From: Verrucomicrobiota bacterium | GTDB lineage: Bacteria > Verrucomicrobiota > Verrucomicrobiia > Opitutales > Coraliomargaritaceae | Direction: 5' to 3' | Length of the DNA: 64,000 nucleotides | Assembly: GCA_039815375.1 (NCBI GenBank) | Contig: JBCBZJ010000003.1 | Span: 1 to 64,000, forward strand | Shown here: piece by piece, positions 32,057-43,564 of the stretch | How the letters are laid out: each line of letters starts with the position of its first letter | How positions within the stretch are numbered: the stretch's first letter is position 1 | The notes under the pieces: generated by a model | Database searches by the model: none | Told to the model about the DNA's origin: nothing | Seen by the model: only the letters and a program-made list of their open reading frames with translations | Program-made: the position numbers and the translations under genes

Positions 32057-33121
32057 ATGAAAATTCCCCTTAAACATGTCTCATTACTTGCGGGCGCAGT
32101 AACAGCAATTATTTCTAGCCTTGGTGCAGTAGAAACAGTGCCCGTAGGTTACATCTCGAAGGACGTTAACCCAAATGCGGACCTTAGGCTCGGGATTCCT
32201 TTTAAGCAGGGAGCAACTTTCAGGTCAGCTGTAGACACGGTAAATGCTGGTGTCATAGGAGTAGCAGCAAGTGTTCCCGATGTAACTACTGATGCTCATT
32301 ACTTACTAGTTACTAATGGGCCTCTTGTCGGTAATTGGTTTCAGGTAACTGATTCATCTGATTCGTCGATAACCGTTGCTGTAGACCTTGAAAATGAAGG
32401 TCTTTTGACTGGAAATACATTTGAAGTTATTCCTTTTTGGACTCTCGATTCCTTATTTCCTTCAGGTGGAGATATTCCTCAATCTTCCGATGTCCTTAAT
32501 CCAGTTGCGTTTATTCTTCTAAATGATGTTTCTCAAACTGGAACTAATCTAGCAGCCACCGGTGGAACATTTGTTTTTCACTCTGGCGAACAAGTAGCTG
32601 CTGGATGGTATGATACTTCTGGTGATTTTTCATCAACTGCAGGTTCCCAAATCCTGAGTCCGGAAACTTATATAACGATTAGAAATGAGACCGGATCAAT
32701 TGTATCCGTAACTGTTGCAGGTACCGTTCCAGATACAACTATTGCAAACGATATAGTCTCACGTTTGGCTGGTAATCAAGATAATCAAATTGTTAATCCA
32801 TTTCCTGCTGGTGTCACTCTTTCAACATCTGAGCTTTTTGAAGATGGTGTAATACGCGCATCCTCCGATGTTCTTAATCCACTGGATTTGCTTTTTGTAT
32901 TTGAAGGTTCACCAGACGGAAAAAATCCTACTGCTTCTTTAACTGCTATTTACCACGATGGGGCTCAAGTTGCAGAGGGATGGTATGATCTTTCGGGCGA
33001 TTTCAGTTCGACAATTGATAGTTACGAATTACCGCTAGGCGGTGCTCTAATTGTTAGGCGTGTGGCTGGTGCCGATGGTCTAATTACTTGGACCCCTGCA
33101 TTACCTTACTCGCTTGACTAA
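32057..33121 (+). CDS. TIGR02597-like exported protein
   Basis: Signal peptide, then VETVPVGY, FEVIPFWTLDSLFP and NPFP; internal duplication; adjacent to a PEP-CTERM gene. Confidence 0.75.
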   Translation: MKIPLKHVSLLAGAVTAIISSLGAVETVPVGYISKDVNPNADLRLGIPFKQGATFRSAVDTVNAGVIGVAASVPDVTTDAHYLLVTNGPLVGNWFQVTDSSDSSITVAVDLENEGLLTGNTFEVIPFWTLDSLFPSGGDIPQSSDVLNPVAFILLNDVSQTGTNLAATGGTFVFHSGEQVAAGWYDTSGDFSSTAGSQILSPETYITIRNETGSIVSVTVAGTVPDTTIANDIVSRLAGNQDNQIVNPFPAGVTLSTSELFEDGVIRASSDVLNPLDLLFVFEGSPDGKNPTASLTAIYHDGAQVAEGWYDLSGDFSSTIDSYELPLGGALIVRRVAGADGLITWTPALPYSLD

Positions 33122-33167
33122 CATGACGCGACTACTCAGATAATTTAAAATAAAAACAAGAAACTAC

Positions 33168-33749
33168 ATGAAAAAATACCTAGCTTTATCGATTATCTGT
33201 TCGTTACCTGCTTTCACGTATGCGACAGTTTCGATTACTGGAACGTCACTCAACAATGTTCCTGGGATTGATATAGGAGACACAGTTGTTGTCTTAGTGG
33301 ATACAGATTCTAATTCGTCAGCCTTTGACCTCGCTGGTCTTTCTATCCTCGATGCAGGTTTATCGACAACCAGTTCTAGCACCTATACTGGTTATTCTGT
33401 GGTCTCGAGTGGAACAACTATTAGTTTCATAGGAAATCCTATTTACAACACTGCGATTTCGTTCGAATTAGGCGGTGGTATAGACAATGGGGATAAATTT
33501 GCTTTTGTTGTTTTTGATGATTCGGCAGCGACCACACTTGATGGAGATGCATTTGAGATCTATACAGATTCGTCTTGGGTTGTTCCTTTGGATGGAGATT
33601 ACACTTTTGGTTCATCGGGAGACTTCTCACAGTTAACTTCTTCTGAGAATTTCTCAGGAAATGGCACAGTAGTCCCCGAACCATCTGCCTATGCATTCAT
33701 CTCAGGTGCATTGGGACTCGTTTGGGTGATGCTTCGTCGCAGAAAGTAG
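33168..33749 (+). CDS. PEP-CTERM sorting-domain protein
   Basis: Signal peptide and C-terminal VPEPSAYAFISGALGLVWVMLRRRK. Confidence 0.95.
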   Translation: MKKYLALSIICSLPAFTYATVSITGTSLNNVPGIDIGDTVVVLVDTDSNSSAFDLAGLSILDAGLSTTSSSTYTGYSVVSSGTTISFIGNPIYNTAISFELGGGIDNGDKFAFVVFDDSAATTLDGDAFEIYTDSSWVVPLDGDYTFGSSGDFSQLTSSENFSGNGTVVPEPSAYAFISGALGLVWVMLRRRK

Positions 33750-33770
33750 AGCATATTAAGAAATTTTATT

Positions 33771-33798
33771 AAGCCCCGCAGGTCTGCGGGGCTTTTTT
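33771..33798 (+). terminator. Rho-independent terminator
   Basis: AAGCCCCGCAG-GT-CTGCGGGGCTT followed by a T-tract. Confidence 0.9.
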
Positions 33799-34156
33799 GT
33801 GTCCTATCGTTGAGAGAGGGAGATAATGGTACCCTTGCTTTTATCCAGAACTGGTCGACTGTCTTGATCAGCTTTACTGAAGGAGAAGATGGCCTTTCGT
33901 GCCATGGCCCGAACTGGTTGTTACTATTTTGACTGGTGTCGGATACGCCGAGGCAGACTAGTCAAAGAGTGAAGCGGATGGTTCGTAAATAGGCCCTGTT
34001 TTGTGCCTCAACGATAAGCTCACTATAGCGTGGAAATATATTTTTGGTAGTAGATACCAGATCAGCCCGTGTCTACGGAACGAGACGATGAGCTTTCTTA
34101 GTTCAGACCATATTCAGTTGCTTGCGAGGGGTGAACCCATACTCTGATAGAAAGAA

Positions 34157-34636
34157 TCAAATAGAGTCGTCAGCAATCACCTGAGGTTGTTCTGGTGTGC
34201 TTTTGACGAGTTCAGTTTTGGCTTTTTCAATGGCTTCCCTGACTTCTGCTAACCTGGTGGGATTGAGCTGCGGAACGTTATTCTTGGCTTCACTCTTATC
34301 GAGGTGAGAGAGTACATCATCACCACGGACGGCAAGGGCGGCAGCCAGCACCTTTTCGAGGCTGGCTTTGGGTTCGTCCTTGAACTTGAGATACCACGCG
34401 TTGCGTTCGATTGCTGCAGTTGCAATATGGTTGTCGATGATTACGCCGAGATTAAACTTGGATTGTTCATCCATTTGAGGGAGCGCCTGCACGTAGATGT
34501 TCAAGAAGTTCTGCAGCTGCCCGGCGACCGCGAGTGCACGTGTATTGGATGCGCCATAGCGGGCACCGAATTCAAATATGGCAATTGCTGCGAAAACGAG
34601 AGCAAGTGGCAAGAGTAGTGCCCGGATCTTATCCAT
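34157..34636 (-). CDS. Hypothetical protein with an N-terminal TM
   Basis: 159-aa ORF with a hydrophobic N-terminus. Confidence 0.7.
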   Translation of the reverse strand: MDKIRALLLPLALVFAAIAIFEFGARYGASNTRALAVAGQLQNFLNIYVQALPQMDEQSKFNLGVIIDNHIATAAIERNAWYLKFKDEPKASLEKVLAAALAVRGDDVLSHLDKSEAKNNVPQLNPTRLAEVREAIEKAKTELVKSTPEQPQVIADDSI

Positions 34637-34743
34637 GTGAGACTGAGTTGATTCGTTTAGAAGGGTTTTGGAACTTTTTGACGATTCAAATTAAGAACCT
34701 ACTGTCGATCTGATTATTACTGTCCCAGGAACTAATCCGGGGA

Positions 34744-36168
34744 TTACTCAATCTCCCGGATCTGCGTGCTGTCGATCAACTTTTGACCTGCATACATCTT
34801 TGTGATTACAACCATCGGGTCGCCTTCTTTGGACCAGCCTTTTCGAATGAGACGCTTGAATCCACGCTGAATAGTTTCTTCGTGATCGTGATCGAATTCC
34901 ATGAAAAAGGGTTCAACACTCCGGCAAATCAGCAGTTGTTTAAAGAGCACGGGGTTATCGGTGAACGCGTAGATGGGAACACCCGGGCGAAGCGAGGACA
35001 GTTTTTGGGCAAAGATACCGCGGCGGGTAAAGACCATGAGCGCGCCGTTCAAATCAGCGGCAAGATAGGCAGCCGAGCGTAGCATCATAGAACGAGGAAG
35101 CTTTAGCGGGATGTCCTTGCGGATGAAGTTACGGTCTTCCACGGCCTCGATTCTGGCGGCGATACGTTTGATCGTCTCGACACATTCGACAGGGTATTTG
35201 CCGACGGTAGTTTCGCCTGAGAGCATGACACAGTCAGCCTGCTCACGAATCGCATTGGCAATGTCAGTCACCTCAGCGCGTGTTGGGAGTGGGGACTCGA
35301 TCATCGATTCGAGCATGTGGGTCGCCACGATGACGGGCTTCGTGTTGCGGATGCAGCAGTTGATTGCATCGGACTGAATGATAGGTAGGTCTTCGAATGG
35401 GCATTCGATACCGAGATCACCACGCGCCACCATCAGTCCGTCGGATGCTTTGACAATGCCTTCCAGATTTGAAATGGCCTGCTGGTCCTCGATTTTCGCA
35501 ATGATTTTTGCATCAGAACCGTGATCTTCAAGATACTCGTGAAATTCCTCGAGATCTTTGGGCTCTCGCACGAAGGAGAGTGCGAAGAAGTCGATGCCTT
35601 CTTCGATTCCAACATCAACGTCTCCTTGATCTTTCTTTGTTAGGGCGGGCAGATTGACTCGCACACCAGGCAGATTGATATGGCGGCGGTTTCCCATCGG
35701 GCCAGGGATGAGGACTTTGCAGCGCACGCGTTGACCTGTGATCTCGAGCACTTCCAGGCGGATGAGACCGCTATCGACGAGGACCGTGTCGCCGATGTTC
35801 ATATCTTTGGCGAAACCCGGGTAGTTTACGTCGACACGTCGATGTCCGTCCTTGCCGTTCCCTCCAATTCCCTCACCGAAAGTAAAATCAAAGATCTCGC
35901 CCTCAGTCAGTTCGAATATTTCCGGAACATCGCCGGTGCGAATCTCCGGTCCTTTAACGTCCATCAGCAATGCAATGTGCCGACCGACCTTTTCACAAAC
36001 CGCTTTGACGCGTTGTATAATTTCGCGGGACCAGGCGTGATCTGCGTGCGCCATATTCAGGCGGCAGATATCGACTCCGGCCAGGATGAGTCTTTCCAGT
36101 GTTTCTTCGTCCTGTGTCGCAGGGCCGATGGTAAAGATGATCTTTGTCTTCTGGTAGTTTTCTGGCAT
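34744..36168 (-). CDS. pyk: Pyruvate kinase
   Basis: [26 protein letters not shown] and MLSGET motifs. Confidence 0.98.
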   Translation of the reverse strand: MPENYQKTKIIFTIGPATQDEETLERLILAGVDICRLNMAHADHAWSREIIQRVKAVCEKVGRHIALLMDVKGPEIRTGDVPEIFELTEGEIFDFTFGEGIGGNGKDGHRRVDVNYPGFAKDMNIGDTVLVDSGLIRLEVLEITGQRVRCKVLIPGPMGNRRHINLPGVRVNLPALTKKDQGDVDVGIEEGIDFFALSFVREPKDLEEFHEYLEDHGSDAKIIAKIEDQQAISNLEGIVKASDGLMVARGDLGIECPFEDLPIIQSDAINCCIRNTKPVIVATHMLESMIESPLPTRAEVTDIANAIREQADCVMLSGETTVGKYPVECVETIKRIAARIEAVEDRNFIRKDIPLKLPRSMMLRSAAYLAADLNGALMVFTRRGIFAQKLSSLRPGVPIYAFTDNPVLFKQLLICRSVEPFFMEFDHDHEETIQRGFKRLIRKGWSKEGDPMVVITKMYAGQKLIDSTQIREIE

Positions 36169-36179
36169 GTTTCCCGGGA

Positions 36180-36989
36180 TTAAATAGCTTGCCTGAGGGA
36201 AGCAGGCGGAGTGCCGATCTCGGGATCGATAACTTCAATCTTAAATTGATTGCCCAGCTCAGCAAACTTCTGCTGAACCAAGGCGACATTGTTACAGTCT
36301 TTGCTTAAATGCGCTAAATATACCTTCTGCAGCCGACTACCCGGAGCGATCTCGCTGAGAACCTCGTAAGTCGTGGCGTTGGAAAGGTGACCGTGCCGAC
36401 CCCGAATGCGCTGCTTGATCGACCATGGACGGCGTTCGTCCTGGTCAAGCAGCTTCTCGTCGTAATTTGCCTCAATCACAAGGGTTTCCACATTACGGAT
36501 TTGTTCGCGCACATTGCCGGGCACGTAGCCGAGGTCTGTCACCCAGGCGAGGCTACCCGGTCGGGCAAACAGGTCACCTTCCTCACCCCATGAAAAAGTG
36601 AATCCTACCGGGTCGAAGGCATCATGTGGAAGCTGGTAGCTGCATACTTCAAGATCTCGAAAACGGAAAGTTGTGCCGGTTCGAAAGTGCTGCCAGTTGA
36701 CCTGTTTGCTGCAGTATTTCTTCTGCACGGCATCGGCGGTATCCCGATTTGCAAAAACCGGTAGTTCGGCTCGTTTGGCGAGGCCGCGCAATCCCTGGGC
36801 ATGGTCACTGTGTTCGTGAGTCAGAAAAACCGCGTCGATCCGATCTATGGATTCGCCGATATTCTGTAGCATGTGCTCGATCCGGCGCGCGGAAAAGCCG
36901 GCATCAAGCAAGACACTGGTATGAGCGGTCTGGAGTAGGGCGCAGTTTCCACTGCTACTTGAGCCCAATATCCTGAAATTGACCGACAT
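36180..36989 (-). CDS. MBL-fold metallohydrolase (YycJ/WalJ-like)
   Basis: [20 protein letters not shown] and HLSKDCN motifs. Confidence 0.9.
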   Translation of the reverse strand: MSVNFRILGSSSSGNCALLQTAHTSVLLDAGFSARRIEHMLQNIGESIDRIDAVFLTHEHSDHAQGLRGLAKRAELPVFANRDTADAVQKKYCSKQVNWQHFRTGTTFRFRDLEVCSYQLPHDAFDPVGFTFSWGEEGDLFARPGSLAWVTDLGYVPGNVREQIRNVETLVIEANYDEKLLDQDERRPWSIKQRIRGRHGHLSNATTYEVLSEIAPGSRLQKVYLAHLSKDCNNVALVQQKFAELGNQFKIEVIDPEIGTPPASLRQAI

Positions 36990-37165
36990 CCAATTCAAGT
37001 TGTAGGCACAGCTCAGGGTCCGCAAAGCTTTTCCGCTCTTGCCAGCAGCGTAATGACGGTTTTTCCTCCCCCGCTCATAGACTGTGCCGGGGCTTGCGCA
37101 TTAGCCATTCTTCGGCAAGATGTTAGGTATGTAAGGCGATTGATCCGTCACCGATAGGGAAAAAG

Positions 37166-38146
37166 ATGAATAGTGAAGACAGCACTCCGTCGCGGAACCA
37201 GTTGGAACCGTCGGCCGCACAACCCAGCAAATTTTACGACAAGAATTTTGCTCCAACCGATGCGTACCGAGATAGTCTCCCGGATATGCAAAATGCGGAT
37301 GCTCTCGAGATTTACGGTGCTAATGTGCCTATTTTGAAGGTAGGCATCTCTAATTTCCGCTTACCGCTTCGTTATATTACAGCCAGCTCAGATACGCACA
37401 CTCTGGAAACCTCGGTTACTGGCACGGTTTCTTTGGAAGCCAACCAAAAGGGAATCAACATGTCCCGGATTATGCGGGTCTTTTATGATTTCGAGGACCG
37501 TATTTTTACTCCCGATTTGCTGCGCGAGATTCTTACCGAATACAAAGACCAGATCCATGCGCATCGTGCTCAGTTGAAGTTGGACTTTGAATACCCGATT
37601 ATGAAACCGAGCCTCCGCAGTGGACTTGAAGGCTGGCAATACTATCGCTCTGCTTTTGAGGGAAAAATCGACGAGCTGGATCGTTTCCGGAAGTTTATTC
37701 ACTTCGATTTTATCTACTCATCGGCCTGCCCGTGCTCCTCTGAACTTTCAGAGCACGCGCGCGAAAGCCGCCAGGTCTATGGTATCCCGCATTCGCAGCG
37801 CAGCACCGCCCGGGTCAGTGTGGAGGTAGCTGAAGGCCAACATCTCTCGATCGAAGAAATTCAAGCCCTGTGTCTCGCAGCGCTGCAGACGGAGACCCAG
37901 GTCATGGTAAAGCGTGAGGATGAACAGGCCTTTGCGGAAATGAATGGTGCCTTTACGAAGTTCGTCGAAGATGCAGCTCGCCTGCTTTACGAGCAGCTGG
38001 ACAGCGAACCACAGATATTCGACTTCCAAGTCGCCTGCGCGCATCTTGAGTCACTCCATTCTCACGATGCGGTCGCTGTGATCAACAAGGGCGTGCCCGG
38101 CGGATTTACCGGCAATTTCGAAGATTACAAAAGCTTGATTCGCTAG
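37166..38146 (+). CDS. folE2: GTP cyclohydrolase IB
   Basis: KGINMSR, SSACPCS, PHSQRS, VKREDE, FVEDAAR and ESLHSHDA motifs. Confidence 0.95.
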   Translation: MNSEDSTPSRNQLEPSAAQPSKFYDKNFAPTDAYRDSLPDMQNADALEIYGANVPILKVGISNFRLPLRYITASSDTHTLETSVTGTVSLEANQKGINMSRIMRVFYDFEDRIFTPDLLREILTEYKDQIHAHRAQLKLDFEYPIMKPSLRSGLEGWQYYRSAFEGKIDELDRFRKFIHFDFIYSSACPCSSELSEHARESRQVYGIPHSQRSTARVSVEVAEGQHLSIEEIQALCLAALQTETQVMVKREDEQAFAEMNGAFTKFVEDAARLLYEQLDSEPQIFDFQVACAHLESLHSHDAVAVINKGVPGGFTGNFEDYKSLIR

Positions 38147-38152
38147 ATCAGC

Positions 38153-38998
38153 CTAAGGAATCGTGATCTTGGCCGTTCCTGACGAGCTTGGACGCATGCG
38201 TTCGCCGCTGTGCTCGATGGTCAAGAACTCTCCCGCAGTGAAAAGAATATCAACCGGGCCACTTTTTTGAAGCGCGATGCTCTCTCCTTCGCTCATAGTA
38301 TTGCGATAGATCTCCTCATTGTTGTCTTTCTGCTTCACGAGCACATAAACATTTCCACTGGCAATCAGTGTGATACTGTCTGAACTAGCAGCGTCGGTCG
38401 GGTCACCGCCAGCAAGGGTCTCACTGATGCTGGGTGTATCACGTAGTTCTGGGGTCGCCACAAAGGAATCTTCGCTTTTTCCGCTGCCCAGAATAGCCCA
38501 GATCAGCCCGAAGAGAACAAAAACCAGCGCAAGGGTGCCTACAAAGATGAGACCGATCTTCATGTAGAAGGTCTTATCGCTTTCCTCTTCTTCAGCTGGA
38601 TCCGACTCATCCTGCGCTGCTTCTGCCTTGCTTGATGTTGGCGTAATCCGCCCAAAAGAGCTGCCGGTCGTCTCCGAACGCTCCGTTTCTCCATCCTTTT
38701 CGGATTTCTTCAGCTCCATCTGGCCGAACCATTCCGCCCCTGCCTTCTTGCCGAGCCGAGAGTTGCTCAACTGCTGGGCGTTGTAGTCGGTCAGAATTTT
38801 CTCTGCGTCGAGTTTCAGATAGCGTGCGTAGTTCTTGAGGAAGCCGCGCTTGTAAATTTCAGGCAGATCGAAATCGACTTTGTTCTGTTCAATACAGCTA
38901 AGGAAATCGCTACGAATTTTCGTTGCTTCTGCTGCTTCACGCAGGGAAATGCCCTTACGCTTGCGTGCTTCTTCCAGTCGTTCCCCGATACTTTGCAT
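38153..38998 (-). CDS. rodZ: RodZ-like HTH membrane protein
   Basis: IGERLEEARKRKG...GFLKNYARYL HTH followed by one TM. Confidence 0.8.
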   Translation of the reverse strand: MQSIGERLEEARKRKGISLREAAEATKIRSDFLSCIEQNKVDFDLPEIYKRGFLKNYARYLKLDAEKILTDYNAQQLSNSRLGKKAGAEWFGQMELKKSEKDGETERSETTGSSFGRITPTSSKAEAAQDESDPAEEEESDKTFYMKIGLIFVGTLALVFVLFGLIWAILGSGKSEDSFVATPELRDTPSISETLAGGDPTDAASSDSITLIASGNVYVLVKQKDNNEEIYRNTMSEGESIALQKSGPVDILFTAGEFLTIEHSGERMRPSSSGTAKITIP

Positions 38999-39070
38999 GA
39001 ATCTGTCTATTTTTTTGAAATGCTTGCGCATCAACCGCAAGCACGAATCTCAGAAGGCTGACCGGAACTA

Positions 39071-42001
39071 TCATGTCGATGGCTTATGATTTTCGCTGAT
39101 TATCTGAATCGGGTCGCGTCCGAGTTCTCTCAATCGCTGATAGGCGAGGAATCTAACATGGCGAGTAGCAAATTTCTTTGTTAAACTTTGCTTAAATAGT
39201 TGGGTAGCAAGTGCGTCCTCTCCTCGTATGAACAGTATCTCAGCAGCAAATACATTAATGTCTACAGAGTGCTGTTTTTTAGGATTTGCGTCAGCAAGTT
39301 TAATTAGGCGATTCCTATGCTCGGCTGAGAGCTCGGTAGTCAGACTGATTTCGCTGTAAAGCTTCAGCATACTGCCTAGGGCTGCCATTTCCCATTTGTC
39401 TGTGCTGTATCCACTCTTACTTTTTGGTTTTCGGTATTTCGGATAGATCTTGTTTGCCTTTGCGAGTATTTGATTACGCCTATCCTTCCATCCCTTGCTA
39501 TCGGCAAGAAGTGCTGCAGTAATACCACACCAGATATCATTGGATTCCTCCATACTCTGTACAAGAATGGATATTGCAGAATCGATCTTACCTGCATGTA
39601 AATCAACTATTGCGGCATCTTTTTTTTCCCAGTTATAGCCGTTCCTATTCTCTTTATAAGCATTTTCGATAAATGCCGAAACATGGGGTGGAGCTTCTAA
39701 GGCGAAGGCACTTAAGTAGTTAATTAATCCGTATGCGTGGTTATATCGTTCAGAGGAAGATATCATGTAATCCAATCCTGTTTCTACATCACCATTAAAC
39801 CCATAAATCCAGCCAGCAGTATAAAGTGTAATTTCTGCGCCACAGCGTGCTCCTTCTTTTGCATATCGGACAGCTTCTTCCCACTGCCCTTGTTCAAAAA
39901 GCCCGCCTGCAATTCGGTGATTCGTGTATGAATGTAGTAGTCCATGGTCCGGGGATTGGAGTATGCTCTGTTCGGTTTTTAGCCAATCCTCATGTTCTTC
40001 TAACTCATAGTGAATTTGTGCGAGGGCATATAAGTTATTGCTGTTAGGGTCCTGATCCACTGCTGCTTGGTAATATTTTTTCGCCGAATGCAGCTTACCT
40101 TTGTCTTCATAGCGCTTCCCTAGAGCTTTGGGAATTTCAGAAGAAAGTTGCAGTTGACCTTCATATTTTGCCGCGAGCTGGTCGATAGGTATTTTCTTGT
40201 TTTTCAGTATACTATTTTTGATTAAAGCGACGCTGTTTGGATTGATGCGTTGCATTGCTTTTCGAGCGTAAACGGCATATGTGTGGGGCTCTATGTCTAG
40301 TGCGGTAATATCAAACGTATTGTAGCTGGACTGCTTAGCTTTGCCAAAATTCAAATCCTTGAACTCTGGGGCTGCATCCATGACGTGAAACACATGCAAC
40401 CAATCTTTTGCGGTTCCAATAATTTCACCAACCTCCATATCGCTCAGAACTCTTCTCACCTTTTGAGTGTTTGTTTCTGCATAGGCCTCTACAAGCTTCT
40501 CATAACGATGTCCCTTGATGTCCAAGAGCATGGATGTAACCGTATCGCCGACTGAAACTCCCCACCAATAGCGCATAAAGCGCAGCCGGTTCATGATATG
40601 TAGAAAACGTGTTTCCCAAATTAGGTCTGCTAGTAGGGCCGTGCTCGGTTGCTTGACGTCTGCGTCGGATACTTGTAGCTCACGCAGATCACTATAGAGC
40701 CTAGGAAAGTTGATTGCTTCTTCTACTTGTGCATCCATCAGCATAGATTCGATATGATCTTCATCGATGATTGAGTAGAGCACATCCCAAGCATTTAGAT
40801 CACGAGAGAGACTCTTTGGCTGCGTAGTCGTGTTCTCTATCGTAGAGTATAAGGATTCAACTGCACGGAAATCATCTAGTATAATCTTATTGAGTATGGC
40901 AGGCCCTTCAAGGGTAAGGCGGTGCAAGCTGGATACTCCGCCTTGCTCTGTGGCGAGATGTATAAGTTGCAAATTCTTTGAATTCGCTTCAATCGCAGGT
41001 TCAGCGACACGAAACAACTTGGCTTGGTTGTTGATTGGATAGGTTGCGAAGACTGTTAACATGCCTGCCAATTGGCTTTTGAAGCCCTCATCATGCATAT
41101 AGCTTTCAAGCTTCTTTAGGTCGTAATCTGCATATGATTGGACGACCGGTAGCCAATCGGGTGACTTGCCATCGAATTGCTTTGCGCTAGCGAGGTCTTG
41201 AAGAGCAAAGTTCGGGAATCCAGTTAATGCCCATGCGTAGGCACGTGTATAATAAGATTCTGCTGAGTCAGGATCCTGAGCAAGTAGTCTTTGAGCATAG
41301 ATCAAACCGCGTGCCATGCATGCCCGGGGGGCTGTAGAACTCAGCGAGTACGTTGCCATGCCCAGAGTTACATAGGCTTGGGATAATTGATTTAGGATTT
41401 GCGGCTCTTCGCCATAGGTATCGAGTAATCCATGTAGTTCGCGCAAATTCAGCCACAGCGAAAGGAAGTCGATTTGCTCAAGTTGAGGCACTGCAATCTC
41501 CCCGGGAAGCACTTCGAGGGCTACTTCGTGTGTGGGTGTCAAATCCAGCTGTTTCAGTAGCCCGATAAACTCTGACCTGGAAAGTTTGTCTGCTAGAACT
41601 AGAACATCGCGATAGAGTTTTGGGTCTGCATCGGTGACGGGGATCTCTCCAGCTATCTGTCGAGTAGTGTCTCCTGCAGAAATCGAGTAATGAAAAGCAG
41701 TTTTTTCGTACAGTCTGAAAGATAGTTGCAGGTCGTTATTGGATCTGTCCTCCGGGTTGAGGTCCCCCATGGACTCGTCGTAAGTTCTCCAGCCAAATTC
41801 CTGTTCGGCGGAGACAATCAGCCCTTGTCGTAATATTTCACGAAGAAGAGGAAGGCGCGCTTCATTTCGATAGTTTTTAAGAGGCCATGTGCCTGTTTCC
41901 AAAAACAGGCTCGGCTTCGCTTCACTATGCGCTGTCTGAAGCTGGGCTAATACACAAAATAATGAAAACAGTATACATGAGTTTACGCTTAGGTGCTTCA
42001 T
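39071..42001 (-). CDS. Large exported TPR-like protein
   Basis: Signal peptide and TPR-like helices (AESYYTRAYAWAL, LYALAQIHYEL); AT-richer than its neighbours. Confidence 0.75.
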   Translation of the reverse strand: MKHLSVNSCILFSLFCVLAQLQTAHSEAKPSLFLETGTWPLKNYRNEARLPLLREILRQGLIVSAEQEFGWRTYDESMGDLNPEDRSNNDLQLSFRLYEKTAFHYSISAGDTTRQIAGEIPVTDADPKLYRDVLVLADKLSRSEFIGLLKQLDLTPTHEVALEVLPGEIAVPQLEQIDFLSLWLNLRELHGLLDTYGEEPQILNQLSQAYVTLGMATYSLSSTAPRACMARGLIYAQRLLAQDPDSAESYYTRAYAWALTGFPNFALQDLASAKQFDGKSPDWLPVVQSYADYDLKKLESYMHDEGFKSQLAGMLTVFATYPINNQAKLFRVAEPAIEANSKNLQLIHLATEQGGVSSLHRLTLEGPAILNKIILDDFRAVESLYSTIENTTTQPKSLSRDLNAWDVLYSIIDEDHIESMLMDAQVEEAINFPRLYSDLRELQVSDADVKQPSTALLADLIWETRFLHIMNRLRFMRYWWGVSVGDTVTSMLLDIKGHRYEKLVEAYAETNTQKVRRVLSDMEVGEIIGTAKDWLHVFHVMDAAPEFKDLNFGKAKQSSYNTFDITALDIEPHTYAVYARKAMQRINPNSVALIKNSILKNKKIPIDQLAAKYEGQLQLSSEIPKALGKRYEDKGKLHSAKKYYQAAVDQDPNSNNLYALAQIHYELEEHEDWLKTEQSILQSPDHGLLHSYTNHRIAGGLFEQGQWEEAVRYAKEGARCGAEITLYTAGWIYGFNGDVETGLDYMISSSERYNHAYGLINYLSAFALEAPPHVSAFIENAYKENRNGYNWEKKDAAIVDLHAGKIDSAISILVQSMEESNDIWCGITAALLADSKGWKDRRNQILAKANKIYPKYRKPKSKSGYSTDKWEMAALGSMLKLYSEISLTTELSAEHRNRLIKLADANPKKQHSVDINVFAAEILFIRGEDALATQLFKQSLTKKFATRHVRFLAYQRLRELGRDPIQIISENHKPST

Positions 42002-42058
42002 GTCCGTTGCGTAGTCTGCTACATTCAAAAAAGCGAGTATTAGTTTCGAGGCGTTTGC

Positions 42059-42952
42059 CTAGCTCAACTCAAAAAGTAGGTCGCCCCATTCGCCGTCTTT
42101 ACGGCTGTCCACCCTGGTTGTCACACCACGCAGTTCCATGAAACGATTTTCGTAGTGGGCACGTACCTCCTCGAGCTCTTGCACGAGGATGCCGCTGAGT
42201 GCGAGGGTGCCGCCTGCTTTGACGGCCTGAACGATGTGATCGGATTCCGGGATGAGCACATCGGTTTGAATGTTGGCCAGTAGCAGATCGGCCTGCCGCC
42301 CATTCAAGCCTTTTTCCAAATTGGCAACTTCGAATTCAACCGGTGGAATGTGCGAGTTATAATCAATGTTCTCGTGGCAAACGCGAATGGCCTCCGGATC
42401 GAAGTCGAAACCATAAACCTGTTTGAGTCCGAGTGCGGCTGCGGAAAACGTAAGCACGCCGGAACCACAACCGGCATCGATCACTTGGACCTCTTCCAGG
42501 CGATCTGCGGTTTTTTCGAGATAATCGAGCAATCGCCGCGCGCAAAGCCGCGTTGTTTCGTGTGCGCCGGTGCCGAAGGCCATGCCGGCATCGAGATAAA
42601 TGGTTGCTGCGCCTTCGGGTGGTGAAATGTTTGCTCTTTCCCAGAGAGGTATCCAGTGAAGCTGCCTATCGGACCAGGGTTTCACGAATTCCTTGTAGGC
42701 GTTTTTCCAATCTTCGTCCCGGATTGTGCTGCACACAAATTCACCCGGCAGCTTGGGAAATGCCCTACGCAACTCGGTGAGTTCGTTCTCGGCTGTTTTG
42801 TCGTCGGGAAAGAACCCGAATACTTCATACGGATCGTCGCGTTCACGCTGCATCACCCCCCAGTAGGTGGTTTCAGTTTCATAAAAATAAGCCTCTAGCA
42901 GGTCGGCCAGTTCGGCTGAGACGATAGTGCGGAGTTCGGTCTGGGTGCTCAT
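42059..42952 (-). CDS. prmA: Ribosomal protein L11 methyltransferase
   Basis: [22 protein letters not shown] and LSGIL motifs. Confidence 0.93.
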   Translation of the reverse strand: MSTQTELRTIVSAELADLLEAYFYETETTYWGVMQRERDDPYEVFGFFPDDKTAENELTELRRAFPKLPGEFVCSTIRDEDWKNAYKEFVKPWSDRQLHWIPLWERANISPPEGAATIYLDAGMAFGTGAHETTRLCARRLLDYLEKTADRLEEVQVIDAGCGSGVLTFSAAALGLKQVYGFDFDPEAIRVCHENIDYNSHIPPVEFEVANLEKGLNGRQADLLLANIQTDVLIPESDHIVQAVKAGGTLALSGILVQELEEVRAHYENRFMELRGVTTRVDSRKDGEWGDLLFELS

Positions 42953-43029
42953 GAGCGAGGAGTGGAAATGGGAGCAAAAGTTTTTTCAACTTCTTGAATG
43001 CCGGGTGATTTGAATTAACCTCAACTGAT

Positions 43030-43560
43030 ATGCCAACCTATAAACTCAATTCCGGAGGAATCCTGCCGGACATTACGCTCCCTCTTGTCGGAGGAGGTGA
43101 AGCCAGGCTTGGAAAAGCCGACAATCCAGCGAACTGGCGTCTCGTTTTCATCTACCGTGGGCTCCACTGTCCGGTCTGCCACCAATACCTCAAGCAGCTG
43201 GATTCGTTGCAGCAGCAGTTTCTCGACGCCGGGGCCGAGATCGTCGTTGCCTCCGGCGATCCCATTGAAAAGGCCGAGGCTATGGCCACAGAAGAAGAGC
43301 TGAGTCTTCAAATTGCCTATGGGTTGAGCATAGAACAAATGCAATCCCTTGGCCTCTGGATTTCCGAGCCACGCTCCGATGATGAGGTCGACCGTCCTTT
43401 TGCCGAGCCAGGCATGTTTGCCATCAATACAGACGGCAAGATTCAGTTGATTGACCAGTCCAATACACCATTCAATCGAGCTGACCTGAATGAGCTGCTC
43501 GATACAGTTATTTGGATTCAGGAAAACAATTATCCGGTTCGCGGCACCTACGGGCAGTAG
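43030..43560 (+). CDS. AhpC/TSA-family redoxin
   Basis: YRGLHCPVC and FAEPG motifs. Confidence 0.88.
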   Translation: MPTYKLNSGGILPDITLPLVGGGEARLGKADNPANWRLVFIYRGLHCPVCHQYLKQLDSLQQQFLDAGAEIVVASGDPIEKAEAMATEEELSLQIAYGLSIEQMQSLGLWISEPRSDDEVDRPFAEPGMFAINTDGKIQLIDQSNTPFNRADLNELLDTVIWIQENNYPVRGTYGQ

Positions 43561-43564
43561 GTCG

